32,000 bases of DNA from Candidatus Methanoperedens sp. (GTDB taxonomy: Archaea; Halobacteriota; Methanosarcinia; Methanosarcinales; Methanoperedenaceae), in the NCBI GenBank assembly GCA_027460535.1, contig JAPZAR010000031.1, positions 90,001 to 122,000 on the forward strand. Reading direction: 5' to 3'. The notes under the pieces are model-generated. The model was not told the DNA's origin. It did no database searches and was given only the letters and a program-made list of their open reading frames with translations. Shown here one piece after another: positions 11,261 through 20,900 of the stretch (the first letter of the stretch is position 1; every line of letters begins with the position of its first letter). The translations under genes and the position numbers were made by a program.

Positions 11261-12148
11261 ATGGCAAAAATACGCTACATCCTTCTGAAAAACCCGGTGG
11301 TGGTTCCCACCGGGACAAAACTCATTGAGGCAGCGCAGCTCATGAAGAAAACTAAAGTCGCAAGTGTGCTGGTAAGCAAAAATGGCATGCTTGCCGGCAT
11401 TGTTTCAATGGAAGATATCGTGCTTAGAGTAGCAGAAAGAGCGGATATAGATATTGCAGTAGATGAAATGATGCAATCTCCGGATCTTACCATTGATTCA
11501 GAGAAATGGCTTTCAGACGCCGTTACAATGTTCGAGCGCCACAAAGCTTCCCATATAACAGTGGTAGAACATGGGGAGAAGGTAGGCATTATCAGGGCAG
11601 ATGATATACTGCACACGTATAGGTTTAATAAAGAGGGCAGTTACGGATTAGAGGCATTGCCCAAAATATGCATACAGAGGTTAAAATTGAGGAGAAAAGA
11701 TAAAGAAATCGAAGATACAAGAGAGATAGAATCCATAATAAGCAGATCTGATGTCTGCAGGATTGCTCTTTCTGAAAACAATTCTCCGTATATCATCCCT
11801 ATGTGCTTTGGTTACAGGGATAACTGCCTGTATTTCCATTCTGCAGCCAATGGCAAGAAAATAGATATCATTAAAAAAAATAACAGGGTTTGTTTTGAGT
11901 TCGATACTCATGAGGGGTTAATAAAATCCGAAAATGCCTGCGATTGGGATATGAAATATCAAAGCGTTGCAGGGTCTGGTAAGGCGTTTTTTATTGAAGA
12001 CCCTGAGGAGAAAACAAAAGCTCTGAATATTATAGTGGGTCATTATTCAAGTGATGCGCACGAATATCAAAAAAATTCAGTTGATAATGTGATAATTATT
12101 AAAGTTGAGATAGAAAAAATTACAGGAAAAAAATCTGGATATTTATGA
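11261..12148 (+). CDS. CBS-pair domain fused to a pyridoxamine-5'-phosphate-oxidase-like (flavin-binding split-barrel) domain
   Basis: Start moved to M20 (ATG 11261, after ACGAGG). N-terminal CBS pair (VVVPTGTKLIEAAQLMKKTKVASVLV ... GEKVGIIRADDIL). C-terminal PNPOx-like half (CRIALSENNSPYIIPMCFGYRDNCLYFHSAANGKKIDIIKKNNRVCFEFD). Confidence 0.7.
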   Translation: MAKIRYILLKNPVVVPTGTKLIEAAQLMKKTKVASVLVSKNGMLAGIVSMEDIVLRVAERADIDIAVDEMMQSPDLTIDSEKWLSDAVTMFERHKASHITVVEHGEKVGIIRADDILHTYRFNKEGSYGLEALPKICIQRLKLRRKDKEIEDTREIESIISRSDVCRIALSENNSPYIIPMCFGYRDNCLYFHSAANGKKIDIIKKNNRVCFEFDTHEGLIKSENACDWDMKYQSVAGSGKAFFIEDPEEKTKALNIIVGHYSSDAHEYQKNSVDNVIIIKVEIEKITGKKSGYL

Positions 12149-12846
12149 GAATCCATTCCCTTGAACACGAACCCTTTGAAGGCCTGGCAAACGTCGAAGT
12201 ATGGGCAAAGAACAGGGGCCACGGCATTTCAAGAACCCTCCTCTTCAATAACGAAGAACTCCCCGATATGAGCGATTTCGACTGGCTTGTCATCCTGGGC
12301 GGCTCGATGAACATCTACGAGGAAGAAAAATACCCCTGGCTCAGGGAAGAAAAGAATTTCATTGCCGAAGCTATTGCGAACAAAAAAATTGTGCTGGGAG
12401 TGTGCCTCGGTTCTCAACTGATTGCAGATGTCCTTGGGGGCAGGGTTAGCAAGAATAGATTTAAGGAAATCGGATGGTTTCCTGTCTCATTAGCAGGAGA
12501 AGCAAAAAACTCCCCGATATTCAGTACCTTTCCCAGCACATTTACGGCTTTCCACTGGCATGGTGATGCATTCAGAATACCGCCTGGCGCGGCAAGAATG
12601 GCTGAAAGTGAAGGATGCGCGAACCAGGCGTTTGAATACGGACGGGTGATAGGATTGCAGTTCCATCTTGAATATTCAGTTGAGAGCATCGATCTCATGT
12701 TACAGAACTGCGAAGATGAGATTGTTGAGGGGAAATACATACAGAAACCGGAAGAAATTATATCACAATATAATAATGTGCGAGAAATAAATAAATTGTT
12801 GATTTTATTGCTGGATAATATTGAAAGAGAGTTCGGTAGACCATAA
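12145..12846 (+). CDS. Class I glutamine amidotransferase-like protein
   Basis: VLGVCLGSQLIA (nucleophile elbow), FHWHGD, GLQFHLE. ATGA overlap with the preceding gene. Confidence 0.8.
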   Translation: MRIHSLEHEPFEGLANVEVWAKNRGHGISRTLLFNNEELPDMSDFDWLVILGGSMNIYEEEKYPWLREEKNFIAEAIANKKIVLGVCLGSQLIADVLGGRVSKNRFKEIGWFPVSLAGEAKNSPIFSTFPSTFTAFHWHGDAFRIPPGAARMAESEGCANQAFEYGRVIGLQFHLEYSVESIDLMLQNCEDEIVEGKYIQKPEEIISQYNNVREINKLLILLLDNIEREFGRP

Positions 12847-12857
12847 TCGAGAAAGAT

Positions 12858-13592
12858 ATGATGGACATTATTCTTCTTTCAGTTCTCATCTTTGCAGCGG
12901 GGCTGCTTTACTCTTCGGTAGGTCATGCCGGTGCATCGGGGTATCTGGCAGCAATGGCATTGTTCGGTCTTGCTCCAGATGTAATGAAGCCGACGGCTCT
13001 GGTATTGAACATTCTTGTCGCGTCCATCGCAACTTTCCAGTTCTACCGGGCGGGTTATTTCTCATGGAATATCTTCTGGCCGTTTGCTGTTAGTTCGATC
13101 CCGTTTGCGTTTATAGGAGGGGCTTTATCTCTTCCTGGTTCCGTTTACAGGCAGGTCCTTGGTTTAATCCTATTGTTTGCAGCATACAGGCTTTTTCAAT
13201 ACAGGCACTCGGCGGTTACAGATTCAGTTAAGCCAGTTCCGGTTCTCGGAGCCATTCTTTTCGGAGCAGGTATTGGACTATTATCCGGAGCAATCGGAGT
13301 AGGAGGTGGAATCTTCCTGAGTCCCCTGCTCCTGTTTATGGGTTGGGCTAAAACAAAGCAAACCGCCGGGATTTCTGCTGCTTTCATCCTGGTGAACTCC
13401 ATAGCCGGAATTGCTGGGCATCTTGCAAGTGTGCAATTTCTGCCGGATGTCATGTATCCATGGGCATTAGCAGCAGTGTTTGGCGGGATAATCGGCTCTC
13501 ATCTGGGAAGCCGTATGTTTGTGACTGTAACGCTATACCGTCTGCTCGCAATGGTCCTCGTTATCGCCAGCGCAAAGCTCATGCTTGGGTAA
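12858..13592 (+). CDS. TauE/SafE-family (DUF81) anion exporter membrane protein
   Basis: 244 aa and polytopic, with an internally duplicated Gly-rich motif (SVGHAGASGYLAAMALFG / GAIGVGGGIFLSPLLLFMG). Confidence 0.8.
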   Translation: MMDIILLSVLIFAAGLLYSSVGHAGASGYLAAMALFGLAPDVMKPTALVLNILVASIATFQFYRAGYFSWNIFWPFAVSSIPFAFIGGALSLPGSVYRQVLGLILLFAAYRLFQYRHSAVTDSVKPVPVLGAILFGAGIGLLSGAIGVGGGIFLSPLLLFMGWAKTKQTAGISAAFILVNSIAGIAGHLASVQFLPDVMYPWALAAVFGGIIGSHLGSRMFVTVTLYRLLAMVLVIASAKLMLG

Positions 13593-13846
13593 ATTCCCTT
13601 GCGACCAGCCTTCCGCACAAATACCAAATGTTTCCTTCTTGATTTAACATTTTTATTCACATTATGAGTATATAAATAAATATGTATATATTGCTGAATA
13701 TATGGGCTAAATTTGCTGCTATTCGAACAAAGCCAGGATTATCGCCACAATAATTGCCCCGGGGATTAAAAGTTTGAATGGCATGAAAGTAATTTCTCCA
13801 AAAGATTTATGAACATGCCTTCATAATGTTTAATGGGGAGGTTTTT

Positions 13847-14224
13847 ATGGATAAAGTAGTGCATTTTGAAATTCCTTCTGACGACATTGAGAGAGCCCGG
13901 AAATTTTACAAAAACATTTTCGGATGGAAGATGGACAGCATTCCAGATATGGATTACATATTGATCGGCACGACACCGGTGGATGAAAACGGTATGCCGA
14001 CAGAGCCGGGGGCGATCAATGGCGGGATGATGAAGCGGCAGCGCCCTATCATTTCTCCTGTCATAACCATAAGGGTGGAGAACATAGACAATGCCCTGAA
14101 AAATATCAAGAAAATGGGTGGTGAAATGATTAGAGGAAAAATGCAGGTGGGAGACATGGGCTACTCTGCCTATTTCAAAGATACAGAGGGCAATATCCTC
14201 GGACTCTGGGAGACCATCAAATGA
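13847..14224 (+). CDS. VOC (glyoxalase/bleomycin-resistance fold) family protein
   Basis: The start at 13847 follows GGGGAGG. MDKVVHFEIPSDDIERARKFYKNIFGWKM ... GYSAYFKDTEGNILGLWE. Confidence 0.8.
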   Translation: MDKVVHFEIPSDDIERARKFYKNIFGWKMDSIPDMDYILIGTTPVDENGMPTEPGAINGGMMKRQRPIISPVITIRVENIDNALKNIKKMGGEMIRGKMQVGDMGYSAYFKDTEGNILGLWETIK

Positions 14225-14237
14225 ATGGAGCCAAAAA

Positions 14238-14624
14238 ATGAAAACCATTCGACAATCCGTAATTTTCAAAGCTAATCCTCATGAAGTCTTTGAGGCGCTG
14301 ATGGATTCACATAAACATTCGGAGTTTACCGGTGAAAAGGCCAGCATCAGCCGTGAGGTTGGGGGAGAGTTCAGTGCTTATGGCGAGTATATCAAAGGAG
14401 TGAACCTTGAACTTGTTCCCGACAAGAAAATCGTACAGTCATGGCGCGGAAGTGATTGGCCTGAGGGCCATTATTCCAGAGTTACTTTTTTTCTGGATGA
14501 AGTAAAGGAGGGTACTCGCCTCACATTTACCCAGACGGGCGTTCCTGACGAGCATTATGACGAAATAAGTCAGGGCTGGTACGATTTCTACTGGACCCCC
14601 ATGAAAAAGATGCTGGAAAAATAA
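14238..14624 (+). CDS. SRPBCC / AHSA1-domain protein
   Basis: 128 aa. IRQSVIFKANPHEVFEALMDSHKHSEFTG ... RLTFTQTGVPDEHYDEISQGWYDFYW. Confidence 0.75.
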   Translation: MKTIRQSVIFKANPHEVFEALMDSHKHSEFTGEKASISREVGGEFSAYGEYIKGVNLELVPDKKIVQSWRGSDWPEGHYSRVTFFLDEVKEGTRLTFTQTGVPDEHYDEISQGWYDFYWTPMKKMLEK

Positions 14625-14776
14625 AAAATTATAGTTCAATAATTGCTCAAATAAATAGATTTATAAAGGATGAATCTGAGTTTAATTCGGTGATGAACCA
14701 ATGAGGAATTGTCTTTGCAAACAGTGAAACAGCGAAGATAGATCATCTGCCCCCCTCAGCAAAGCTTGTTTTTAAG

Positions 14777-14968
14777 GTGCTGGAAACCAGCGGTTTTTTG
14801 ACACAGAAGGATATCGTGAGGCAGACCTATCTTCCGGCGAGAACAGTAAGATACGCCCTGAACAGATTGAAGGAAGAAAACGTATTGCAGGAGCGCTTCT
14901 ATTTTCAGGATGCGCGCCAGAGTCTGTACGGGCTGAACAGAACAAGCGGGGAGGTGGTGACAGGGTAA
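14777..14968 (+). CDS. Small winged-helix DNA-binding protein (start uncertain)
   Basis: GTG-start ORF, ...FLTQKDIVRQTYLPARTVRYALNRLKEENVLQE. The frame is open back to 14705 (…DHLPPSAKLVFKVLETSGF) with no ATG/GTG/TTG upstream. Confidence 0.5.
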   Translation: MLETSGFLTQKDIVRQTYLPARTVRYALNRLKEENVLQERFYFQDARQSLYGLNRTSGEVVTG

Positions 14969-15098
14969 TTGCCTCTTATTTCTTCTTAAAAAATGCAGGA
15001 TGGAGGAGCCACTACGCGATCACCCATAGGATATCTCAATACTTAAACAGTTTGAAGCGTTAAGTACTTAAGTTTACACTGTGTGTAAAACCATTAAA

Positions 15099-15698
15099 AT
15101 GATAGAACTGGATAATCTCGATGTAAAGATATTGACCCATCTGGAGAGCAATGGCAGAAAGTCCTTTCAAGAAATAGCGAAGCACTGCCTGACAAGCGTC
15201 CCCACTGTCAAGAGCCGTGTGGACAGGCTTCTTGAACTTGGAATTATCAGTAAATTCACCATAGACATTGATAACAGCAAACTTGGGATAACCGAGGCGA
15301 TATTACTTATGAATGCAAAGCCAGGCGCCATTAGCAGGATAACTGAAGAGCTCCGGGGGCTTGAAGAAGTTAAGGAACTGTACGTAACATCTGATTCTGA
15401 AACAGCCATAGTATCAAGGGTAGCGGGGGATATGCAGCGCATTCTCGCGATACAGGACAGAATAAATCTCACCGACGTGAATAACATCCGCATATTATCA
15501 GTAAAAAATGCATTCACAAAGGATTCAACTATCCCGCTCGCCTCTTCCAGTATAACCTTGACATGTTCTTATTGCAATAAGAAAATGGCCGGAGATGCTG
15601 TAAGGAAGAAATTCGACAACAAAGACTATTACTTTTGCTGCACCACATGCCAGGGCGAGTTTGAAAAAAAATACTCTAAACTGCTTGCCAAAGTCTAA
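15099..15698 (+). CDS. Lrp/AsnC-family transcriptional regulator with C-terminal TRASH-type Cys-rich (metal-binding) domain
   Basis: MIELDNLDVKILTHLESNGRKSFQEIAKH (HTH_AsnC), a RAM-like middle region, and C-terminal CSYCNKKM...YYFCCTTCQGEF. Confidence 0.8.
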   Translation: MIELDNLDVKILTHLESNGRKSFQEIAKHCLTSVPTVKSRVDRLLELGIISKFTIDIDNSKLGITEAILLMNAKPGAISRITEELRGLEEVKELYVTSDSETAIVSRVAGDMQRILAIQDRINLTDVNNIRILSVKNAFTKDSTIPLASSSITLTCSYCNKKMAGDAVRKKFDNKDYYFCCTTCQGEFEKKYSKLLAKV

Positions 15699-15835
15699 TG
15701 AGAGAATAATCAGGAAACAGAAAAAATCTACTGAATTAGTATGCATTTTCAAAAAAGCAAATTTAATGCATTTTTATCTTAATTTTATAAAGCACAAATC
15801 AAATAAAAGATTATCACCTTCAATCTAGTGCAGCG

Positions 15836-16072
15836 ATGGCGGAGAAAATGCAAAATACTATACTGGATGTAAGAGGTAAGACATGCCCTTATCCTTTCAT
15901 CAGGACAAAATGGCAGATGGAAAAGATGGGAAGCGGGGAGATACTTAAAGTGATAACCGATGATTCTGAGGCACCTCATAACATCGATGCATGGACGAAA
16001 AAATCGGGTGATGAGATTAAGAAACTTGAAAAGGAAGGGAGCACATTTATTATTTATCTAAGAAAGAATTAA
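15836..16072 (+). CDS. TusA/SirA-like sulfur-carrier protein (second copy in the window)
   Basis: 78 aa, LDVRGKTCPYPF motif. Confidence 0.8.
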   Translation: MAEKMQNTILDVRGKTCPYPFIRTKWQMEKMGSGEILKVITDDSEAPHNIDAWTKKSGDEIKKLEKEGSTFIIYLRKN

Positions 16073-16075
16073 AGT

Positions 16076-16726
16076 ATGGACAGTAATTTTAATAAATATA
16101 TCCCGGCTCTCAGCCATGAGTGGTTAACGCCTTTGTATGATCCGATAATGCAGCTGTTCATGCGCGAATCCACATTCAAGCGTTGCCTTGTCCTGCAGGC
16201 AAAGATAGAAAAAGGTTATCGAGTCCTTGACATAGGCTGCGGTACTGCCACACTCACTATTCTCATAAAGAAAGTCAATCCCGAAGCTGAAGTGAGGGGG
16301 CTTGATGGAGATCCTCAAATCCTCAAGATGGCAAAGACAAAAATAATTCGTGAAGGTATTGACATTAAACTTGACCTCGGGATGTCATTTGAATTGCCGT
16401 ATCCTGACAGCTCTTTTGACCGTGTGGTTTCAAGCCTGGTATTTCATCATCTGACTCAGGAACAAAAAGCCCGCACATTTAAAGAGATATTCCGGGTTCT
16501 GCGGTCCGGAGGAGAATTGCATGTCGCTGACTTTGGAAAACCTCATAATGGACTGATGTATTTGATATCCCTGGTATTCCGGCATCTTGAAGAAACAAGA
16601 GATAACATAAGAGGTTTGCTGCCGGAGATGATGCAGAAAGCTGGTTTTGACCATGTCGAAGAGACAGCCAGATATTCGACAATTTTTGGCACGCTTTCCC
16701 TTTACAGGGCAAGAAAGGCTCTTTAG
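16076..16726 (+). CDS. Class I SAM-dependent methyltransferase
   Basis: Motif I VLDIGCGTATLT, LVFHHL, and post-II LRSGGELHVADF. Starts 4 nt after the TusA-like gene. Confidence 0.85.
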   Translation: MDSNFNKYIPALSHEWLTPLYDPIMQLFMRESTFKRCLVLQAKIEKGYRVLDIGCGTATLTILIKKVNPEAEVRGLDGDPQILKMAKTKIIREGIDIKLDLGMSFELPYPDSSFDRVVSSLVFHHLTQEQKARTFKEIFRVLRSGGELHVADFGKPHNGLMYLISLVFRHLEETRDNIRGLLPEMMQKAGFDHVEETARYSTIFGTLSLYRARKAL

Positions 16727-16869
16727 ATTTGTAAACCGAAAACCCTTAAACTGATAGGTGGTATAAATAATTTAAAAACGTATGAAACAAAAACGAGTGT
16801 TCCTTGTTCTATTAATAGCAATTATAGTTTTGAACTTCAATTAGCATTCTCTTGTTCCAGTGGCTGCTG

Positions 16870-17031
16870 ATGCTTATTGGATTGGGGTTCTCGATTTCAA
16901 TCGGCAAAAATATTTCGAAACGGATTTTCCGCGGAAATAATTCTGTATATATCCCTGTATTGATATTTGTTCTCATCTTTTTTATTTTCAATCTCTGGGT
17001 ACTCGGACAGCCGATAATGCATAAACACTGA
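16870..17031 (+). CDS. Possible 53-aa two-TM membrane peptide
   Basis: MLIGLGFSISIGKNISKRIFRGNNSVYIPVLIFVLIFFIFNLWVLGQPIMHKH. Hydrophobic, but short and without a clear RBS. A 20-aa hydrophobic ORF lies just upstream in another frame, so this may be a broken gene. Confidence 0.2.
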   Translation: MLIGLGFSISIGKNISKRIFRGNNSVYIPVLIFVLIFFIFNLWVLGQPIMHKH

Positions 17032-17164
17032 TCAATTGGCTAACTGCGCTCCCGTAGGCCCCTATTGTTCGTGTAAGCCCCAAGTAGGGGAGCTTTTTCT
17101 TCCTGTTCTTTTGTCTATTATCTGGCGCTCCGTTGGGTGTCCTGAGGAGCGGAGTAAAAATTAG

Positions 17165-17218
17165 TATATTTATTACACACTAATTATAAAACCCTCGGCG
17201 CCGATATGTTCCCGAAGC
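17165..17218 (-). promoter_or_regulatory. Inverted copy (P5) of the 22-nt core + TATA-like box module found in the TA-cassette region
   Basis: The minus strand reads GCTTCGGGAACATATCGGCGCC (17218-17197), then GAGGGT, then TTTATAATTAGTGTG. The core is identical to 31211-31232. Confidence 0.6.
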
Positions 17219-17296
17219 ATCTTCATTCTTCAAAACCAAGCCTGCCAGATCACATATATAATACAAACCGCAGATAAAAGCGCCCAGAGTCACGGG

Positions 17297-17350
17297 CCTC
17301 CCGAGTCGCGCCTCGGGAGGGCGCACCCACGCATGCCGCAGGCATGCGTG
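17297..17350. repeat. Two perfect GC-rich hairpins between the convergent methyltransferase and hsdR genes
   Basis: CCTCCCGAG (17297-17305) pairs with CTCGGGAGG (17312-17320). CACGCATGCC (17328-17337) pairs with GGCATGCGTG (17341-17350) around a GCA loop. Confidence 0.75.
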
Positions 17351-17927
17351 TATACCAAGTCGAGAAGCGTAGTTTTCGGTCTGAGAACCCGCAGGGTTTC
17401 GGCATTGATGAACGCAGATTTAGAGTCTCGTTCTTCATAGCATTTTTACTACGCCGAATATTTATAACTCTGTAATTATTAAACTCCAGGCGCGCCGTTC
17501 CCGGAGCAGCAATATTCCATTAGACCCGAACTCCCCAGGCCCACGTTGATGGGATGGGCTTTTTTCTTGCGGAGGGGAAGACGGAATCATTTCTGGCTGG
17601 GGGCGCGAGGAGAGGTATATGATCAGTTCGCTTGTTGTTCTGACGCGTGAGATTATGCTGGCTCTTAAAGTCGTAAATGTCGTGGAATGCAGGGATGAAA
17701 CCTGTGATTTCGTCGGATATAGCAGGGAACCAAAAACAGAACCAAAAATATCTTGAAGACTGATATAATGTTGAGAAGAATTCACCGTTGAAACGTGGCA
17801 TCGAAATGAAAAATATATTGCATAATTAGAATTGATTTCTTGAATCCAGAATTGGATTTCTGAGAACATCGGTAGACTCGTCCTAGGTTGACGCCGAACG
17901 CTAAGAGCATCCAGAGACGGCTGTGAA

Positions 17928-20900
17928 CTATGCTTCGCCTCGAACAAAGTAATCTGCCAATAACTCAGCCTGCTTTAACACTGTATCAATAGCTTTTTGC
18001 TGCATATCCGGCGGATACCCGTATTTGTTTAATGTTCTTTTTACCAGTACCATTAGCTTTGCCCTTGCACTTTCCCGAATTGTCCAATCTATTGTCGCAT
18101 TAGCCTTTACCTTTTCTGCCACTTCAATTGCAATAATTCTCAATTTGTCATCACCTAAGACTTCAACCGCTGAACCATTTTCAGCAAGTGCATCATAGAA
18201 AGCCAACTCTTCTTTTGATAAACCTAAATGAGCTTCTCTTTCATCATTCTCCTTTATTTTCTTGGCAACTTCATCAACTAAAAACTGTATAATTTCTGCT
18301 GTTGTCAGCAATCCATTATTGTACTTCTTGATTGCAGTTTCAAGCATTTCAAGCAAGGCCTTGCTTTTTACAAGGTTGGTTTTTGAACGGGTTCGGATTT
18401 CATCATTGAGGATTTTCTTTAACAATTCAAGAGCCAGGTTCTGATGCTTCATACCTTTTATCTCCTGCAGAAATTCCTGTGAGAGAATGGATATCTCAGG
18501 CTTTTTTATGCCTGCCGCATCAAAAATATCTATCACCTGATCTGAACTCAACGCTTCATCAACTATCTGTTTTATGGTAGTTTCAATATCCAGATCTGAT
18601 CTGCCACCACCGTTGCCTATAAACTTTACAAGCCTTGCCTTTACAGCCTGAAAGAATGCAACTTCATCTGTTATTGCCAGCGCTTGTCCGTCTGGCACGG
18701 ATAACGCAAACGCCTGAGAAAGCATTGTGACTTCCCGGATTAAACGGTTCTTGCCATTCTCAAGACCCATTATATGTTCCTCTGCCTGTAAGATTATCGA
18801 GAGCTTTTCTTGTGGTGAAGCTGAAAAGAAACGCCTGTAATTAAAGCCCGTTCCAGGATATTTGCCATAATAAGCCGTGGGTTCCGCGATAAGGATCGCC
18901 TCTTTTGATTTGCTTTCTTCAAAGAAAAGCTGGCGCACTATTTCCAACTTCTCCAGCATTGCAGCTACTGCCTTTTCCTGCCCTTCTGCAGGGTCGCCTT
19001 TTCCACCTGAATTAGAATAAAAAGACAATGCTTTTTTAAGGTCTGTTGCAATGCCAAGATAATCAACAACCAGACCGCCAGGTTTGTCTCTAAATACCCT
19101 GTTTACCCGCGCTATAGCCTGCATCAGACTGTGGTCTCTCATTGGCTTATCAACATAAAGCGTATGCAGACAGGGCACATCAAAACCCGTGAGCCACATA
19201 TCTATGACGATGACCAGTCTTAACGGGTCTTCCGGGTCTTTCATTCTATCGGATAAATCCCTACGCTGCGATTTAGTGGTGTGATGCTTCTGCATGACTG
19301 GGCCGTCAGCACTGGATGCAGTCATGACAACTTTGATCGCACCTTTTGACAGGTCGTCATTATGCCACTGCGGTCTAAGCTTGGTGATCTCATTATAGAG
19401 GTCAACCGCAATCCTGCGGCTCATAGCCACGACCATTCCCTTGCCCTCAAATCTGGCTGTCCGCAGCTCAAAGTGTGTGACGATATCCCTTGCTAAATTC
19501 TTTATCCGTTCCGGATTCCCAACAATGGCTTCAAGTTTTGCCCACTTGGCTCTTACTCTTTGCTTGTCGGTTATTTCTTCGTCTTCTTCAAGTTCTTTAT
19601 CGAACTCTGCGATCAAGCGCTTGCCTTCCTCATCCAGATTTACTTTGGCAAGACGGCTTTCATAATAGATCTTAACTGTTGCGCCATCAGCAACGGATTG
19701 TGAAATATCGTAGATGTCAACATACTGCCCGAAAACTGCCGGGGTGTTTACGTCTGTACTTTCAATGGGCGTGCCTGTAAAACCAATGTATGTAGCATTG
19801 GGAAGGGCATCTCTCATATACTTGGCAAAGCCGTAGGCTATGCGTTTGCCGATTACATCTTTGGTTTCTTTGTCTTTTACATCAACAAGCTTTGCTTCAA
19901 AGCCATACTGGGTTCTATGCGCTTCATCAGCAATAACTACAATATTTCTTCTGTCTGAGAGCCGGTCGAATTCTGCCTTGCCTGCTTCGGGTAAAAACTT
20001 CTGGATGGTTGTAAACACAATACCGCCGGAGGCAACGTTCAGCAGTTGTTTCAAATGCTCCCTGTCTCTTGCCTGTACCGGTTCCTGCCTCAGCAACTGC
20101 TTTGAGGCTGCAAAGGTGTCAAATAGCTGGTCGTCAAGGTCGTTGCGGTCTGTGATAACTACAACGGTGGGATTGTTCAGGCTTAAAACAAGCTTGGCTG
20201 AATAGAAAACCATCGAAATGGATTTGCCGCTACCCTGTGTGTGCCATACAACACCGCCTTTGCGGTTTCCATTTGTAGAAGCTGCTTTGATTGTGTTTTC
20301 TACTGCTTTATTGACTGCATAGTATTGATGATAGGCTGCTAATTTCTTTTCAGTCTCAACCTGTGTAATGCCTGTTTTTGGATCTTTCTTCTTTGATTTC
20401 TCAAATATTATGAAATTGCAAACAAGGTCTAATAAGGTAGTGGGGTTCAGCATTCCTTTTATCAGGATCTCTAACTGTGGAATGAACCGCGATGCTTCTT
20501 TTTTGCCGTCTGCACTTTTCCATGTCATGTAGCGGCTGAATCCTGCAGAAACGCTTCCTGCCCTGCAATCCATTCCATCTGAAATAATGCAGACCTCATT
20601 GAAAGCAAATAAGCCCGGAATGGTGGCTTTGTAGGTCTGGATTTGGTCAAAGGCTTTTTTTATGGTTGCAGTTTCATCTGCTGCATTCTTCAACTCAAAA
20701 AGCACGATTGGGATACCATTGATAAAGAGCAAGATGTCAGGTCGCTTGTTCTGGTTATTCTCAACGATCGTGTACTGATTGACAACTAAAAATTCGTTGT
20801 TTGAAGGATGAGCAAAATCAATCAACGCCACTTCAAAGCTTCTTTCGTAGCCGTCCTGCTGATATGGTATTTTTATTTTCTCAATTAAGAACTGGTGAAA

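Noticed and set aside
13766-14269. 167-aa minus-strand ORF.
   Set aside because: It is antisense to the VOC-family gene (13847-14224), which has clear family motifs and an RBS. The antisense product has no recognisable features.
17040-17460. tRNA gene or attachment site at the left island boundary.
   Set aside because: Only simple hairpins are visible (CCCCTA/TAGGGG at about 17061-17092, and the GC stems at 17297-17350). No cloverleaf arrangement or T-loop GTTCRANYC box was seen. A tRNAscan run would be the formal check.
17462-17947. 161-aa minus-strand ORF downstream of hsdR.
   Set aside because: It overlaps the hsdR stop region and is Ser/Pro/Arg-rich and low in complexity. It has no RBS or motif and lies in repeat- and hairpin-containing non-coding DNA. 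I treat 17462-17927 as non-coding.
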